The notes: generated from the letters alone by a model not told the origin. Shown: positions 29,622-40,146, counted from the stretch's first letter. The stretch: 64,000 bases of DNA from an uncultured virus (IMG/VR IMGVR_UViG_3300001682_000650) (IMGVR_UViG_3300001682_000650), one strand, 5' to 3'. Translations and numbers: made by a program.

Positions 29622-30360
29622 TATGTCTCCGCCCCCCTATGATAATTTTGTTTTTTATCTGAAGATACTTTTCAATATGTAAATACTTCATCTCATTACT
29701 AAGTACTTTAGAAAACTGCTTGTTAGCAATTTCCACAGCTCTTTCAAACCACTTGTATGGCTTTACAGCAAAACCATTGAGTTTTCTAAGCTTACCGGCA
29801 TTCGATATTCTCCTGTTCCCACCAAGATCAGTCCATTCTTGCCCTGGTCTTGTGTAGATATCGTTACCTATTCTAAGAGGATTCCTATCATATTTAGCAC
29901 CAGTAACATTTGTAAAGCCACCGCTTGCGTACTGTCCAGTACCATGCTCATAGTAAATACCGATATGAGAATCTTTAAAATTGTTAGCCATAGTCTTAAC
30001 TGCAACACTTACTCTTGATACTGAAGTCTTTACAGCTTTATCAAGTATTATTGAATTAATTAATGCGTGTTTTCTTGTAGCGTCAGTACGCCCATATCCA
30101 GCAGTTGTTTTTCTTATACCAGCGGTAGGAATAGCCTCACCAGCCAACCGAACAGGAAATTGATTAAACTGAATACTCCTGATATTCTTTTTTGCCTCTG
30201 CTACAAGAATACCGCCAACCGTTTTTGCGGTTATTTCAATTGCCTTCTGTAGATCACGGGATAGCAAATCAGCACGAAAAATAATATACCCGCCACCAAA
30301 TCTGGCGGTGGGCTCTCCTGTAGCTATGTGGTGTTTTGGCGTATAAGCTCTCTTAGGCAT
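29614..30360 (-). CDS. neck protein (HK97 gp10-like)
   Basis: basic; 'IYYEHGTG' and 'KPYKWFERA' motifs; synteny. Confidence 0.65.
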   Translation of the reverse strand: MPKRAYTPKHHIATGEPTARFGGGYIIFRADLLSRDLQKAIEITAKTVGGILVAEAKKNIRSIQFNQFPVRLAGEAIPTAGIRKTTAGYGRTDATRKHALINSIILDKAVKTSVSRVSVAVKTMANNFKDSHIGIYYEHGTGQYASGGFTNVTGAKYDRNPLRIGNDIYTRPGQEWTDLGGNRRISNAGKLRKLNGFAVKPYKWFERAVEIANKQFSKVLSNEMKYLHIEKYLQIKNKIIIGGRRHNV

Positions 30361-30976
30361 TTCTTGTCTCCGATTTTACCTGTATCCTTGTTACACCTGC
30401 ATACAGGTAATTGTTGATGTCAACAGCTTTCACTTTTTTGTTCGGAATTACATTCTTTAGCTCTATCGTGTCCATTAGTCCAACGTTACAGCCTTGTAGG
30501 TAGATTATATCCTCTGCTTCTTCATGGAGACCAGGATCATATCTCCTTAAATCAGCAGACACACGTTGTATATAGCAAGGAGCATCGGACACAACCGATT
30601 CAATTTTATTGGTTTTGTTACCGTACTCATCATAGGAATCTGTAACACTATATATGTCAACAATGGCATTGCATATATACATTATTGAAGCACGTGAAAG
30701 TAGCTTGCCATTGTACTCTTCAGGATACATTGCTATAGCTAAATACGTGTCGCCAGTGACTGTGTTTTCTACAATGTATCCATTATCTATATCGACATCA
30801 GGCAGAAAATAACACCGCCTGGTGGATTCCAACGATAGTGTACTTGACGACAATTGAGTGGCTCTTCCTACTAACACTTTCGTTTCATAAGAAGAACCTG
30901 ATGGTGTTTTTACTGTAACTGGAGAACCAAGCTTATTTATGAGTTTATATTTTTCCTTCGCAATCAAACTACTCAC
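30353..30976 (-). CDS. head closure/stopper protein
   Basis: 207 aa; 'DSYDEYGN' and synteny after the adaptor gene. Confidence 0.6.
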   Translation of the reverse strand: MSSLIAKEKYKLINKLGSPVTVKTPSGSSYETKVLVGRATQLSSSTLSLESTRRCYFLPDVDIDNGYIVENTVTGDTYLAIAMYPEEYNGKLLSRASIMYICNAIVDIYSVTDSYDEYGNKTNKIESVVSDAPCYIQRVSADLRRYDPGLHEEAEDIIYLQGCNVGLMDTIELKNVIPNKKVKAVDINNYLYAGVTRIQVKSETRNA

Positions 30977-31397
30977 CGCCGATAGGGTTATAATCGTTTG
31001 ATATAATTCCTGAGATAACAGGTGAACTACCGACTATTTCCACAGATTCAATATTACCAATCGCCTTCTCAAACTCTGTTAAGAAGTGATTTGCGAGCTT
31101 TTCCCAGTCTATTTTCTCTTTTTTCCATGTTGTATCTAAAGTTTTTACCTCAATGTTCAACTTTCTCGGAAGGGTGGGGCAAATGAGATAACAGATATAA
31201 TTAATAGCTGCTTCTTCAAGATAAAACAACTCAACTGTATCAGTTATAGAGGAGTATGCTGGAACTCTTTTTGCGACAACTGCTTCAGCTATGCTTGGGA
31301 ATCTGGCATTGTTAATGTCTGCATCTGTAAGGTCTATATCGTCTAATCCAAGTTTGCCTCTAACAAATGTCTCATATCCAGGAGTTAAAAACAGCAT
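30969..31397 (-). CDS. head-tail adaptor protein
   Basis: 142 aa helical protein following the capsid genes. Confidence 0.6.
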   Translation of the reverse strand: MLFLTPGYETFVRGKLGLDDIDLTDADINNARFPSIAEAVVAKRVPAYSSITDTVELFYLEEAAINYICYLICPTLPRKLNIEVKTLDTTWKKEKIDWEKLANHFLTEFEKAIGNIESVEIVGSSPVISGIISNDYNPIGGE

Positions 31398-31402
31398 ATT
31401 AA

Positions 31403-31762
31403 CTACCTCCAGTAAGTAATGAGAACTACAGGGAAGGAATGTGAATACAGAATGATATTCTCATTTGAGTCGATATCAAACTGATCACCAGCATAAATCT
31501 TTGCTTCAATTGGAGCTTTAACTAAAACGTCCCCGCCGCCGGTATTCTTTACAGTAACTTTCACAACGTCTTGTGGAACGCACAACGTAAGCTGCCTGTC
31601 CTTACAGAGATTGTGCTTTTCAGTGCCAACTACAACCAAAGCGGTTTCCTTAACCTCGGCAATCTGTTCTTCAATCTCTTCTGCTTTCTTTACCTCATTA
31701 GCTTTTACTTTCTGAGTCTTAGCAACATTGTCATTATTGGTTGATTTCTTCCTACCTGCCAT
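31403..31762 (-). CDS. hypothetical head-associated protein
   Basis: 119 aa after the major capsid gene, SD AAAGGA. Confidence 0.55.
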   Translation of the reverse strand: MAGRKKSTNNDNVAKTQKVKANEVKKAEEIEEQIAEVKETALVVVGTEKHNLCKDRQLTLCVPQDVVKVTVKNTGGGDVLVKAPIEAKIYAGDQFDIDSNENIILYSHSFPVVLITYWR

Positions 31763-31855
31763 TAGAATAACATCCTTTCTTTTTTTGATTCTAATAGAAA
31801 CTCCCGCCCATACTTTAAGAATGGCACGGGAGTTCCATTAATAGTTTTACGTTTC

Positions 31856-32797
31856 TTAGGAGATAACGTCTGGGAACAGTACACCAGCTCTACTGGAAAC
31901 AATCTTGTGGTCGTACCATCTTTCGGCTTCGATGAAAGAGCATCTAGGGCCGTCTTCGTACCACTTACGAACCTGAACAGCACCTTTACCGTCCTTGTTC
32001 CACATATAGGTGTAGCCAAATGCTGGAACCTTCTTGCTCGGAACCTTAGGTACGTACGCGAGAATTGCGGATTTCCCCCAGATGTAGCTCTTAACACCGT
32101 TTGCATTGGAAGCAACTGCCCTGCCTACAAGAATATTATCGACTTCAAAGAACTCCTTCATGATCTCAACCGGGACAAGGGAAACTTCTTTGGTCTTAAA
32201 CAGAGCAAGCAGAGTAGGATGCCTTCTCAGCCTGTTGTAAACAGGGTAGGAGAGCAACAGGGTGTTGGGGTCGAGGACGATCTTCTGATGAACGGCTTCC
32301 TTCATCATTGCTACAAGAGCAATAGGATCCGCATTCGGGTTGTCCCATTTCTGAGGCTGGTTGTTTCCGCCAGTAGGTACAACCAACTCAGGATCATAGC
32401 TGGATTGATTCAAAAGCAATCCGGCAGCATTGATTTCCTTATTCAGCAGGATACCCTCACTTACCAGTGTGGTAGCATCGGATTCTACTTCAAATGCCGG
32501 ATCTGCGTTCTGCTTTACTTCGTCAGGAATTCTAGTCCTGAGAGCATGTCCTTCGCAGAAGTAGGTGTCGTCACTGTATGTCCACTGAATTTCATTTGCT
32601 TCAGTGCCAGGAGCACGGTTATCTGCGTGTGCTGTGAAAATTTCCTCACCATATACAGGATACCTGTCAGACTGTTTATCAACAGTTACTTCCTTCAGGA
32701 TCTGGCTGGAAACAAATTCATCGTTGGTATATCCTACGGATATATTTGTCAACAGTTTATCATAATGAACTGCTTGTGTGCTAGGCATGTTTGTCAC
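31856..32797 (-). CDS. major capsid protein
   Basis: 313 aa; 'DKLLTNISVGY', 'RAPGTEAN', 'KWDNPNADP', 'PNTLLL', 'PAFGYT' motifs of the lambda gpE-like Firmicute capsid family. Confidence 0.85.
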   Translation of the reverse strand: MTNMPSTQAVHYDKLLTNISVGYTNDEFVSSQILKEVTVDKQSDRYPVYGEEIFTAHADNRAPGTEANEIQWTYSDDTYFCEGHALRTRIPDEVKQNADPAFEVESDATTLVSEGILLNKEINAAGLLLNQSSYDPELVVPTGGNNQPQKWDNPNADPIALVAMMKEAVHQKIVLDPNTLLLSYPVYNRLRRHPTLLALFKTKEVSLVPVEIMKEFFEVDNILVGRAVASNANGVKSYIWGKSAILAYVPKVPSKKVPAFGYTYMWNKDGKGAVQVRKWYEDGPRCSFIEAERWYDHKIVSSRAGVLFPDVIS

Positions 32798-32808
32798 CCT
32801 TCCTTTCC

Positions 32809-33528
32809 TTACGGCACATAGTAGTGGCTGATATTGATATTGACCGGAATAATGTCACCGTCTACGCCGCTTGCTTCAGCATATCCGAGAACATTAAACG
32901 ATCCATTACCTTCTTCTTTACCCAAAGTGGTAACAGAAACGCTTGCGGTTACTCCAGTAGAACCGCCATCAAATGTGGGCGGTATTTGGTATCCCTTAGT
33001 GACAGCAGTAATAGTTACAGTATCAGTAGCTGAAGTAGCGGTATGCGTGGTACCAGTGTTAATTTCAGTAGCGATCGCTGTAGCAACACCGGTAGCGTCT
33101 TCAGTACCAGCTAAAGTAACGTCAATGTCTACCCCATTAAGTGTAACAGTAACATCACCTGCACCAGTAGGTGCCTTTGTTACTTGGAGAGATGTGATTT
33201 CAGCCACTCCAGGATTCTGGGGCATTCTCTTAACAGCACCGCCAGCGGCAAGAATAACTCTTTCGCCATAACCTACGTTACCCGACAGAGTAACTTTAGC
33301 AATACCTGAAAGCTGTACCGCTACATTTCTACCAGCCTGAATACCACCGGCACTTGGGGCAGTGATTCTTCTTTCATCATTCGTAACAACGCCCAATGGA
33401 ATGGCATTGTCCACTAGTGGAACCGCACAGCCACCTTCTGAGAGACCGTAAGTTACAGCGGTGTTCTGTTCAATAAGAGGATCTTCAAGGATATATGTTT
33501 TTTGCATACCTGTGGTCTGCCCTGCCAT
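32809..33528 (-). CDS. head decoration/cement protein with inserted Thr-rich domain
   Basis: cement-like N and C halves ('PLGVVT..VAVQLSGIAKV', 'VLGYA...GDIIPV') interrupted by an ~95-aa 'GDVTVTLNG...ATAIA' insert; immediately upstream of the capsid gene. Confidence 0.7.
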   Translation of the reverse strand: MAGQTTGMQKTYILEDPLIEQNTAVTYGLSEGGCAVPLVDNAIPLGVVTNDERRITAPSAGGIQAGRNVAVQLSGIAKVTLSGNVGYGERVILAAGGAVKRMPQNPGVAEITSLQVTKAPTGAGDVTVTLNGVDIDVTLAGTEDATGVATAIATEINTGTTHTATSATDTVTITAVTKGYQIPPTFDGGSTGVTASVSVTTLGKEEGNGSFNVLGYAEASGVDGDIIPVNINISHYYVP

Positions 33529-33530
33529 AT

Positions 33531-34964
33531 TTATTCACTCTCCTTACCGTACTTTTCATACATCAATTTAGTAGCTTCCGTAATGGTTACGCCATTCTCA
33601 GAAGCATATTCCACCGCTTTGTCAGCGATAAAATCTCTGAACTCAGCTTCTGTTTCAAAGTCGTCACGAGTCAGTTTCTTGTCCTTGCCAGAATCAACAG
33701 CGTCAACGCTCTTTGCAAAACCAGCGGCTTCAAACTTTGAAGCAAACTCAGCCTTAAACTGCTCAATAACTGATTTGATTTCATCCACGGAGAGGGTTCC
33801 GAGGAATTTTTCGAACATCTCTGACGGGAAAGCATTACCTTGAGCACGTACACCAGATTCAAGTGCTTGATTGATCAAGTCCTTTTTGTATGTTTCAGCA
33901 AGACCTGCTTTTTCAGAAAGCTCTTCGTTCTTTGCAGTGAGCTCTTTAATGGTCTCGTCCTTAAGTGCAATCTCATCATTTGCCTTCTGAAGTTCTTCTG
34001 TAAGAGCAACAATTTTATTGCTTGTCTCTTCTAGCTCCTTGACAGTGTTATTCTTTGAGGCAAAAGATTCAGATAGTGCGGTCTCAAGTTCAGATTCATC
34101 GGCAAATTTTATATCAAACTTACCAAGAACATCTATTACTTTTTCCAACAACACTTGGTCTTCACTCCTTTTTCTTAAATAATCTGTGCCGCATGTCCTC
34201 TCTTGTGTGTCTGCTACTAAAACAGAACCATCTTTTGTATAATATTGTGTTATCGTAGCGTCTACTGGCACATTTTTTATGTCATCAATCACTTGTAGTT
34301 TAGACGAGTCTCTAAATTCTGTAACATTAGCAGAGAAGTTTCTAATAATACCAGCCCTGTCACATGCCCCTGCGTACACAATAGAATCTTCGAGTAACTC
34401 ACCTACACCATTCTCTCCGACTAGTACGTAGCATTTCTCAACTACGTCTCTTCCTTCACGTTCTACTGCATATTTCCTTCCAGGGATATGTGGACAAGCA
34501 TAATAGTCTCGAATGTCATTACCACAGATAGAGCATTTCCACTCTTCAGCATTGAATCCGATAGAAGTAGCAAAGTTAATACCTGTTTCAATACCTTTTG
34601 CGATATCGTCCGTGGTGACCCCGCCCTCAAGTGCAATTCCAAGAGGAATGTAGAAGTCTCCGTACAATGTAAGTACGTCTCTTCCTTCATCTGGAACGTA
34701 CTCGCTCTTGATCCTTGCGTCAAAAGATCTTCCTACTGGAAGCTTTCTGCTGTTATGTACCAGCAGTAAGGAAATGCCTTTCTTCACATCTTCCATAAAG
34801 GTATTCAGCAGTGCTGGCTGAAGGATAGAATTGTAAGCTGTAGGAAGATTATCTATCATAAGATTTGGAAAGACATAGCAGTTGTCCTCTGTCAGTTGTG
34901 TCTGACTAAATCTGCTGTTTATGATCTGCAATTGTTGTTCTGTTGGTTTCGGCATATGTAACAC
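33531..34964 (-). CDS. prohead protease-scaffold fusion
   Basis: 'LLVHN...PVGR.F', 'TSIGF...CSICG..C.H.PG', 'EDSIVY.GA' protease domain; C-terminal acidic coiled coil. Confidence 0.8.
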   Translation of the reverse strand: MLHMPKPTEQQLQIINSRFSQTQLTEDNCYVFPNLMIDNLPTAYNSILQPALLNTFMEDVKKGISLLLVHNSRKLPVGRSFDARIKSEYVPDEGRDVLTLYGDFYIPLGIALEGGVTTDDIAKGIETGINFATSIGFNAEEWKCSICGNDIRDYYACPHIPGRKYAVEREGRDVVEKCYVLVGENGVGELLEDSIVYAGACDRAGIIRNFSANVTEFRDSSKLQVIDDIKNVPVDATITQYYTKDGSVLVADTQERTCGTDYLRKRSEDQVLLEKVIDVLGKFDIKFADESELETALSESFASKNNTVKELEETSNKIVALTEELQKANDEIALKDETIKELTAKNEELSEKAGLAETYKKDLINQALESGVRAQGNAFPSEMFEKFLGTLSVDEIKSVIEQFKAEFASKFEAAGFAKSVDAVDSGKDKKLTRDDFETEAEFRDFIADKAVEYASENGVTITEATKLMYEKYGKESE

Positions 34965-34970
34965 CTCCGA

Positions 34971-35117
34971 TTATTCTTTAATGCTAATTTTTACTCTACA
35001 CCCACATTTCGGGCATGTAGTGGAATAAACATCCCAATTATCATTGCTTTTTGTTTTATCCGGCTCTGGAACGTATCCGCAGTTTCCGCACTTAAGCTCA
35101 AACTCTATGTTATCCAC
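34971..35117 (-). CDS. small zinc-ribbon protein
   Basis: CGNC...CPKC; probable GTG start at 35117 after GGGGGTGA, in the frame of ORF 34971..35165. Confidence 0.5.
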   Translation of the reverse strand: MDNIEFELKCGNCGYVPEPDKTKSNDNWDVYSTTCPKCGCRVKISIKE

Positions 35118-35130
35118 GCTGTCACCCCCA

Positions 35131-36591
35131 TTAATTTCCTGCATTATCTGTATTTCCGCCAGCATTAGGGTTAGTGTCAGTAGTACCGTTTACAGGACTT
35201 CCTTCAGCATTTCTGACGACACTCTCTCCAACACGTGGTTCTGGTGCATCTGGTTCATGCCCAACAGCCATCATTGCTGCTTCTTCTTGTGAAATCCAAC
35301 CTCTATCGTACATTAGTGCGATATTATTAAGTCTGGTGGAACGGAATTGTTCCTGCTCAAGTTCAGTACGGATCTCTATTGGATTGAAATTGAATTCGAC
35401 TATTCCCTGCTTGCCTTTCATATTGAGGTAAATAGTCAGCATTTTCTCCATGAAACTGGAAATATAACGCTGAATACCTGCAAGACCTGCCATGTAAAGT
35501 TTAATTTCTATCTTGGCGTAGCTTTCAGTCTGACCAGCTCCACGTCTTCCGAGAAGTGTAGACAAAGTCTTAACGCCACTCTGAATGAGGTTATCTATTA
35601 CATGCATCAACTTCTCAGGGTCAATTAATGCACCGCTACCCTTACCGCCCGCCTCACCAAACTTCAAGCTGTCATAGTGAACAAAGGCGTCGTCAGGGTT
35701 AAGATTGTTATACATGTTAATGATGTCTCTGAGCCTTTCATTTAGCCACTTTTCTTTCTTTTCTTCGTTATTTCGAATTGAGATTGGCATACGTCTAAGA
35801 AGAACTTCTTCTATAATCATAATGTCAAGTCTCGGATAGCCTTGATTGTGTACAACTGCCTTTATATCATTGAGAACCTGCAATTGGAAAAGAACCATAC
35901 TAAGTGCACTAAATATGGGTGACCTTCCGTATGGGTCGTCTACTTTCTCGTCTATACCCTCGTAAACAAATGTAGGTATGTCCAGCACAATCTTTTCGTT
36001 GTCCTGAGTTGGGATATATCTGCCATTTATCAGTTTAAAATCTATAGTGGCTGGGTCTACTAATGAAATCCTAACAACTTCTGATAAATCAGGTGTCATT
36101 ACAAGCTCTCCGGCAATCGCCCCACGGGTTATTGCCAGTAATATCATCTGATCAACAAGCTTTGAGATGCCTTTTGAACGCTCAAATCCAGAAAGGTTAT
36201 GTATCTTCATTTGCATGAAGAAATCATCTATTTCTCGTTTGCCTTGAGGGTAATCTTTACCAGACCCTATTTTCTTGACAGAATAACTGAACCCACTGTT
36301 TCCAAGACGCAAGAAATTCCATAACGCATAGGAGAGATCTGGATGTGCGTCAATTAAAGAATCAATGAGTTCAAAAACATCGTATGTTCTAAGAGTTCTA
36401 TCGTCTAAGCCTAATTCAGCTCTTGTCTTTTTTGGAAGCGCACCAAAAACGCCACCACCAATCTCATTTGAGGACAATGACCTTCTAGTGCCTCCCAAGT
36501 CAGGAGCTGGTGGTTCACGGTTATCAATAGAGCCAGCGTATGTAGTAGCCTCTTTATTCTTTTTATTAGTCTTTCTATTAAATAAAGCCAT
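35131..36591 (-). CDS. portal protein
   Basis: 486 aa after the terminase; 'DDPYGRSP', 'GYPR.D', 'GWISQEEAA'. Confidence 0.85.
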   Translation of the reverse strand: MALFNRKTNKKNKEATTYAGSIDNREPPAPDLGGTRRSLSSNEIGGGVFGALPKKTRAELGLDDRTLRTYDVFELIDSLIDAHPDLSYALWNFLRLGNSGFSYSVKKIGSGKDYPQGKREIDDFFMQMKIHNLSGFERSKGISKLVDQMILLAITRGAIAGELVMTPDLSEVVRISLVDPATIDFKLINGRYIPTQDNEKIVLDIPTFVYEGIDEKVDDPYGRSPIFSALSMVLFQLQVLNDIKAVVHNQGYPRLDIMIIEEVLLRRMPISIRNNEEKKEKWLNERLRDIINMYNNLNPDDAFVHYDSLKFGEAGGKGSGALIDPEKLMHVIDNLIQSGVKTLSTLLGRRGAGQTESYAKIEIKLYMAGLAGIQRYISSFMEKMLTIYLNMKGKQGIVEFNFNPIEIRTELEQEQFRSTRLNNIALMYDRGWISQEEAAMMAVGHEPDAPEPRVGESVVRNAEGSPVNGTTDTNPNAGGNTDNAGN

Positions 36592-36612
36592 TCAAAAACC
36601 CTGCCTTTTCTT

Positions 36613-36642
36613 TAGAATAGGCAACTAATACCTTTAAGTAAC
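36613..36642 (-). promoter_or_regulatory. putative phage late promoter (GTTAC-N15-GCCTATTCTA)
   Basis: conserved bipartite motif upstream of the portal gene. Confidence 0.7.
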
Positions 36643-38007
36643 AACTGAATAAAGTATGTCTGTTAGCCCTTTTTCCTTATCCCATATAAAAGACTGACTT
36701 ACAGCTAAAGCGCCAACATAGCCACTTTCAAAATGCCATACGTCAGTTCCTGTTATAGACGAAAGACTTCTTATCTTGATACCATTGACTTCTCTAACAT
36801 GTTCACTGTGGAGGTGTGCCCCATGCCACTCTCTGAATTTTGTACGCCCCCACGCTTCTGAAGCCTCTACCTGCATATTGCCCTCTATTCGCTTCTTTTC
36901 TTTGTCAAGATGTGAGTAACCTATAAGGCAATTTCCAAATTCAATATACTTTCTTGCCATTGGGCTTGTGTCTACAAAGACAGAATCACTATTGCGATAC
37001 CAACAGTGAAGGCTATATACCGCATAAAAACTAATCATTTTATCATGATTGCCTGGTACGCAAAGAACATGGACAGGAGCTATATTGCTCAGCAAATCTA
37101 TGGCTCTTATCAGTAATTCAAGCCCTTTTGTGAACAACTTTTGCCATCTTAAATCATTATTTTGAAGAGTTCCTGCTGTGGTAGTACCGGATATGGTATC
37201 AAAATTAAAGAAATCGTTTCCTACAGGGAATAGAATCTTTTCAAATTTCAAGTGAGATGTTCTTTCAATTACGTCATCTATAACACTCATGAATCTTTTT
37301 TGGGCTATTTTATGGTCGTAATCCTCTCCAGATTCAGGAGCCCATGCAAGCTTTCCAAGATGGAGATCCACTATTGGAACCTCAAGCATCTTTGATGCGT
37401 CTTTAATTACAGGTGATATTGGCTTAGGTATCGTATATGTTTTAGCAAAATCCTCAAAGAATTCTTCAGTAGCATCACGTATCAGGTCTATGTAGTATTC
37501 TTTTTTACGATACTTTTCAACTTCACTTTTTAATTGTCTTATCTCGGCTTCCTGAAGTTTAATAAAATACTTTTCTTTTTGACGTTCAAGTGTCCTGCCT
37601 ACAAGCTCATCAACATCTGTATTTAAAATCTCTTCGTCAGTATAAGGTACGTCATCGTGTGTTATGCCAAAAGCATTTCTAACAAGCATGAAGTCTCTTC
37701 TCGGAATATTGAGTTTTCTGCATATTTGATTTATAGTTAAGTGATTTTCCCCACAGTAAAGAATCTTAAGCTCCTTAAGAGTTGTCTTCATTATTTTGAC
37801 AGATCTCTTCTTAGAGCTGACGACATAGTAATTTTCAAATTCAGCTATTTCTGGAGTTATTTCTTCTTCACCGCTTATATCTTCCCTGTTAGGGTCTCTT
37901 AAGAATCTTGACTTTAATGTATTGTAGTTAATATTCAAATTTCTTGATATTTCACTGTATGAAAGTCCTTCACTTCTCATTCGTTTGGCTTCTTCAAACC
38001 AACTCAT
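36634..38007 (-). CDS. HTH-containing calcineurin-like metallophosphoesterase
   Basis: N-terminal HTH (GLSYSEISRNLNINYNTLKSR); motifs DLHLG, GND, GNHD, HLH. Confidence 0.8.
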   Translation of the reverse strand: MSWFEEAKRMRSEGLSYSEISRNLNINYNTLKSRFLRDPNREDISGEEEITPEIAEFENYYVVSSKKRSVKIMKTTLKELKILYCGENHLTINQICRKLNIPRRDFMLVRNAFGITHDDVPYTDEEILNTDVDELVGRTLERQKEKYFIKLQEAEIRQLKSEVEKYRKKEYYIDLIRDATEEFFEDFAKTYTIPKPISPVIKDASKMLEVPIVDLHLGKLAWAPESGEDYDHKIAQKRFMSVIDDVIERTSHLKFEKILFPVGNDFFNFDTISGTTTAGTLQNNDLRWQKLFTKGLELLIRAIDLLSNIAPVHVLCVPGNHDKMISFYAVYSLHCWYRNSDSVFVDTSPMARKYIEFGNCLIGYSHLDKEKKRIEGNMQVEASEAWGRTKFREWHGAHLHSEHVREVNGIKIRSLSSITGTDVWHFESGYVGALAVSQSFIWDKEKGLTDILYSVVT

Positions 38008-39731
38008 CTTATTGCACTTCCTCTCCGTGCGCCAGCTATTAAAGGCATAGAGAAATACTTAGTATCTTCTGGAGGGTCAGAACTGCATAACCAAATGAAT
38101 CCCATGCGAGCGTCAGAATAGTCTTTACCTACAATCTTGTCCCCCACCTTACTGTCATGGTCAATTTTATTTCCGTTGATTAGCTTGATAGCTTTTAACT
38201 CCTCGTTTGGTGTACAAACTTTTGGATCTCTTGGTTTGTAGTCGAGCAATTCTACGTTTCCGCCATATATTAAGGATTTGCCATTTTGATAAATCTTTAA
38301 CTGGAATGCATTTGTAAAAGCTTTATCTTCTGCGTCTACTCCATAACTAATCAATCGCTGTACGGTTTCAGCAGAATTGAACTTATCGAAAAGCGCTTTC
38401 TTTACATATACCTGCTGGCATATCTGTTCTATAATATCTGCAATGTTAAGAAGGTCAACTGGCAATCGTTCTTGTTTATTTGGTCTCCATTCTAGTATAA
38501 GATCCTCCACCGGTTTATTTATCCACTTAACAATGGTTTCTCCATTTTCAACGACTTGTGTTTCAACTGCCTCGCCGTGCCCTAAGCATAAAACGTAGCT
38601 ATCTCCGGTAACACCGCAGTCTCCACCAAGATAGTAAGTGTACTGTGGGTCAAGTTTCAGGTTATGTAGCTGTAATCCAACGAAATGTCTCTGTTCCCCG
38701 TTTACAAGAGTCCTTGTAGTTATAATGTCCTCTACCACAAGACCAAAATGCTGAGAATGTTTCCCCCACACAGTAACCTCATCTATTCTCTCAGGGAATT
38801 TGAACAATCCTTCAGAATGGGAGGGCGGTTTACATTCAAGCATCATTTCCGCTGTTTCTGGGTCATCCTCATACTGTTTATTAAAGGTTTCCCTGCTTAC
38901 CTTAAGGTTAACTTCCCATGTGGCACCTCTAATAGACCACATCGTACCACTTGTGTCCTTTACCGCTTCAGAGTACTTAGTGTACATTGGGCAGTTTTCA
39001 CTTCTTGGGTAAGAAATAAAGATCATGAGATATTTTGAGTTGTAACGTGTTGACGCAGATGTTTTTAATATATCGTATCCGTTCTTGGCATTTTCAGGAG
39101 TATACCCGCCATACTCGTCAAAGATGATTACCAATGGGTTAAATCCTTCGTATGCTTCTGCTTCAGAGTGGGCGGAGTGGCAAGTAATATTCTTATAGAA
39201 TCGGATTTTGTTTCGAGTAACTTGGAATTCATTATAAGCTATGGGTTGGCGATGCTTTACTTCTGTAAACCAGGAGCAATTTCTGAGGCGGGCTTTTAAC
39301 TTTTTAAAGAATACCTCATTTGCCTGGTTAGAGTTTATGGCGACATTGATAAGGTCTATAGGCTCATCCTGACCAAAGTTAAAGTAAGCGTGTGGATCTC
39401 TAATGCAACATAGCAGGTACGACATGTAGGCCATGAATCCAGAGATAAGGAAATCTTTTCCTGCCCCTTTGCCGAAAAGGACAATAGCCTCTAACACTTC
39501 TCTGAGTTCTTCTTTACAAAATTTAGGATCTCCGGTTAGCTTCCACCACATTATTTGGTTTAATGTCTCAAGCAATTCTGTTTGTTTTCCCTCATACGGA
39601 GACTCTTTCAAGAACCTATCGGATTTAAAGAATGTAAGCAAATCAACGGGATATTCTCTCCAGATCCCGTTGCTTTCAACACTTTCTTCTATTAGGCTTA
39701 AAAAATCATTGAATAAATTGGTTACTTCCAA
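38004..39731 (-). CDS. terL: terminase large subunit
   Basis: Walker A-like GKGAGKD, Walker B IIFDE, coupling motif ISYP, nuclease acidic residues (GGDCG..GD, FDKFNS, KDYSDA). Confidence 0.9.
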   Translation of the reverse strand: MEVTNLFNDFLSLIEESVESNGIWREYPVDLLTFFKSDRFLKESPYEGKQTELLETLNQIMWWKLTGDPKFCKEELREVLEAIVLFGKGAGKDFLISGFMAYMSYLLCCIRDPHAYFNFGQDEPIDLINVAINSNQANEVFFKKLKARLRNCSWFTEVKHRQPIAYNEFQVTRNKIRFYKNITCHSAHSEAEAYEGFNPLVIIFDEYGGYTPENAKNGYDILKTSASTRYNSKYLMIFISYPRSENCPMYTKYSEAVKDTSGTMWSIRGATWEVNLKVSRETFNKQYEDDPETAEMMLECKPPSHSEGLFKFPERIDEVTVWGKHSQHFGLVVEDIITTRTLVNGEQRHFVGLQLHNLKLDPQYTYYLGGDCGVTGDSYVLCLGHGEAVETQVVENGETIVKWINKPVEDLILEWRPNKQERLPVDLLNIADIIEQICQQVYVKKALFDKFNSAETVQRLISYGVDAEDKAFTNAFQLKIYQNGKSLIYGGNVELLDYKPRDPKVCTPNEELKAIKLINGNKIDHDSKVGDKIVGKDYSDARMGFIWLCSSDPPEDTKYFSMPLIAGARRGSAIR

Positions 39732-39744
39732 AGCTTAACCACCC

Positions 39745-40146
39745 TTACGGAGAAAGTATTTTAATTATGGATATCACCATACCAGCAAGGCCGAATATCC
39801 AGCCTCCCCATCTCAAGAAACTGTCTTCAACAGATTTCCTACCTCTGTCCTTATTTTTGTACTCCTCTACCTGTAGCTTTAGAGAAGTAATCTGATCCTG
39901 CATCTTGTGTGCGATACCATCAGGATCACTTATATGTCTTTTACATGCTTCTGATTGTGCAAGCTGTGTTTTTTGCAATTCAGCTATAGCACCTCGCAAG
40001 TCGTTGTACTTTCTCAAATCCATGCGAGTGTTGTGCAGATCTTCCTTTAGATCCTGTAACATCTCGAATAACTCTTTGTTTGAATACCACTGATCATTTT
40101 GAGGATTTGAAGCCATACGACAGCCCTCCAGTCTAGTTCCTTCCAA
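39745..40146 (-). CDS. coiled-coil protein with C-terminal transmembrane helix (possible holin-like)
   Basis: 'WYSNKELFEM...KYNDLR' coiled coil; 'WGGWIFGLAGMVISIIKIL' TM segment. Confidence 0.5.
   Translation of the reverse strand: MEGTRLEGCRMASNPQNDQWYSNKELFEMLQDLKEDLHNTRMDLRKYNDLRGAIAELQKTQLAQSEACKRHISDPDGIAHKMQDQITSLKLQVEEYKNKDRGRKSVEDSFLRWGGWIFGLAGMVISIIKILSP

Noticed and set aside
31762..32821. 304-aa plus-strand ORF and 117-aa alternative-frame ORF over the capsid gene
   Set aside because: They overlap the well-supported major capsid gene and have no independent signals
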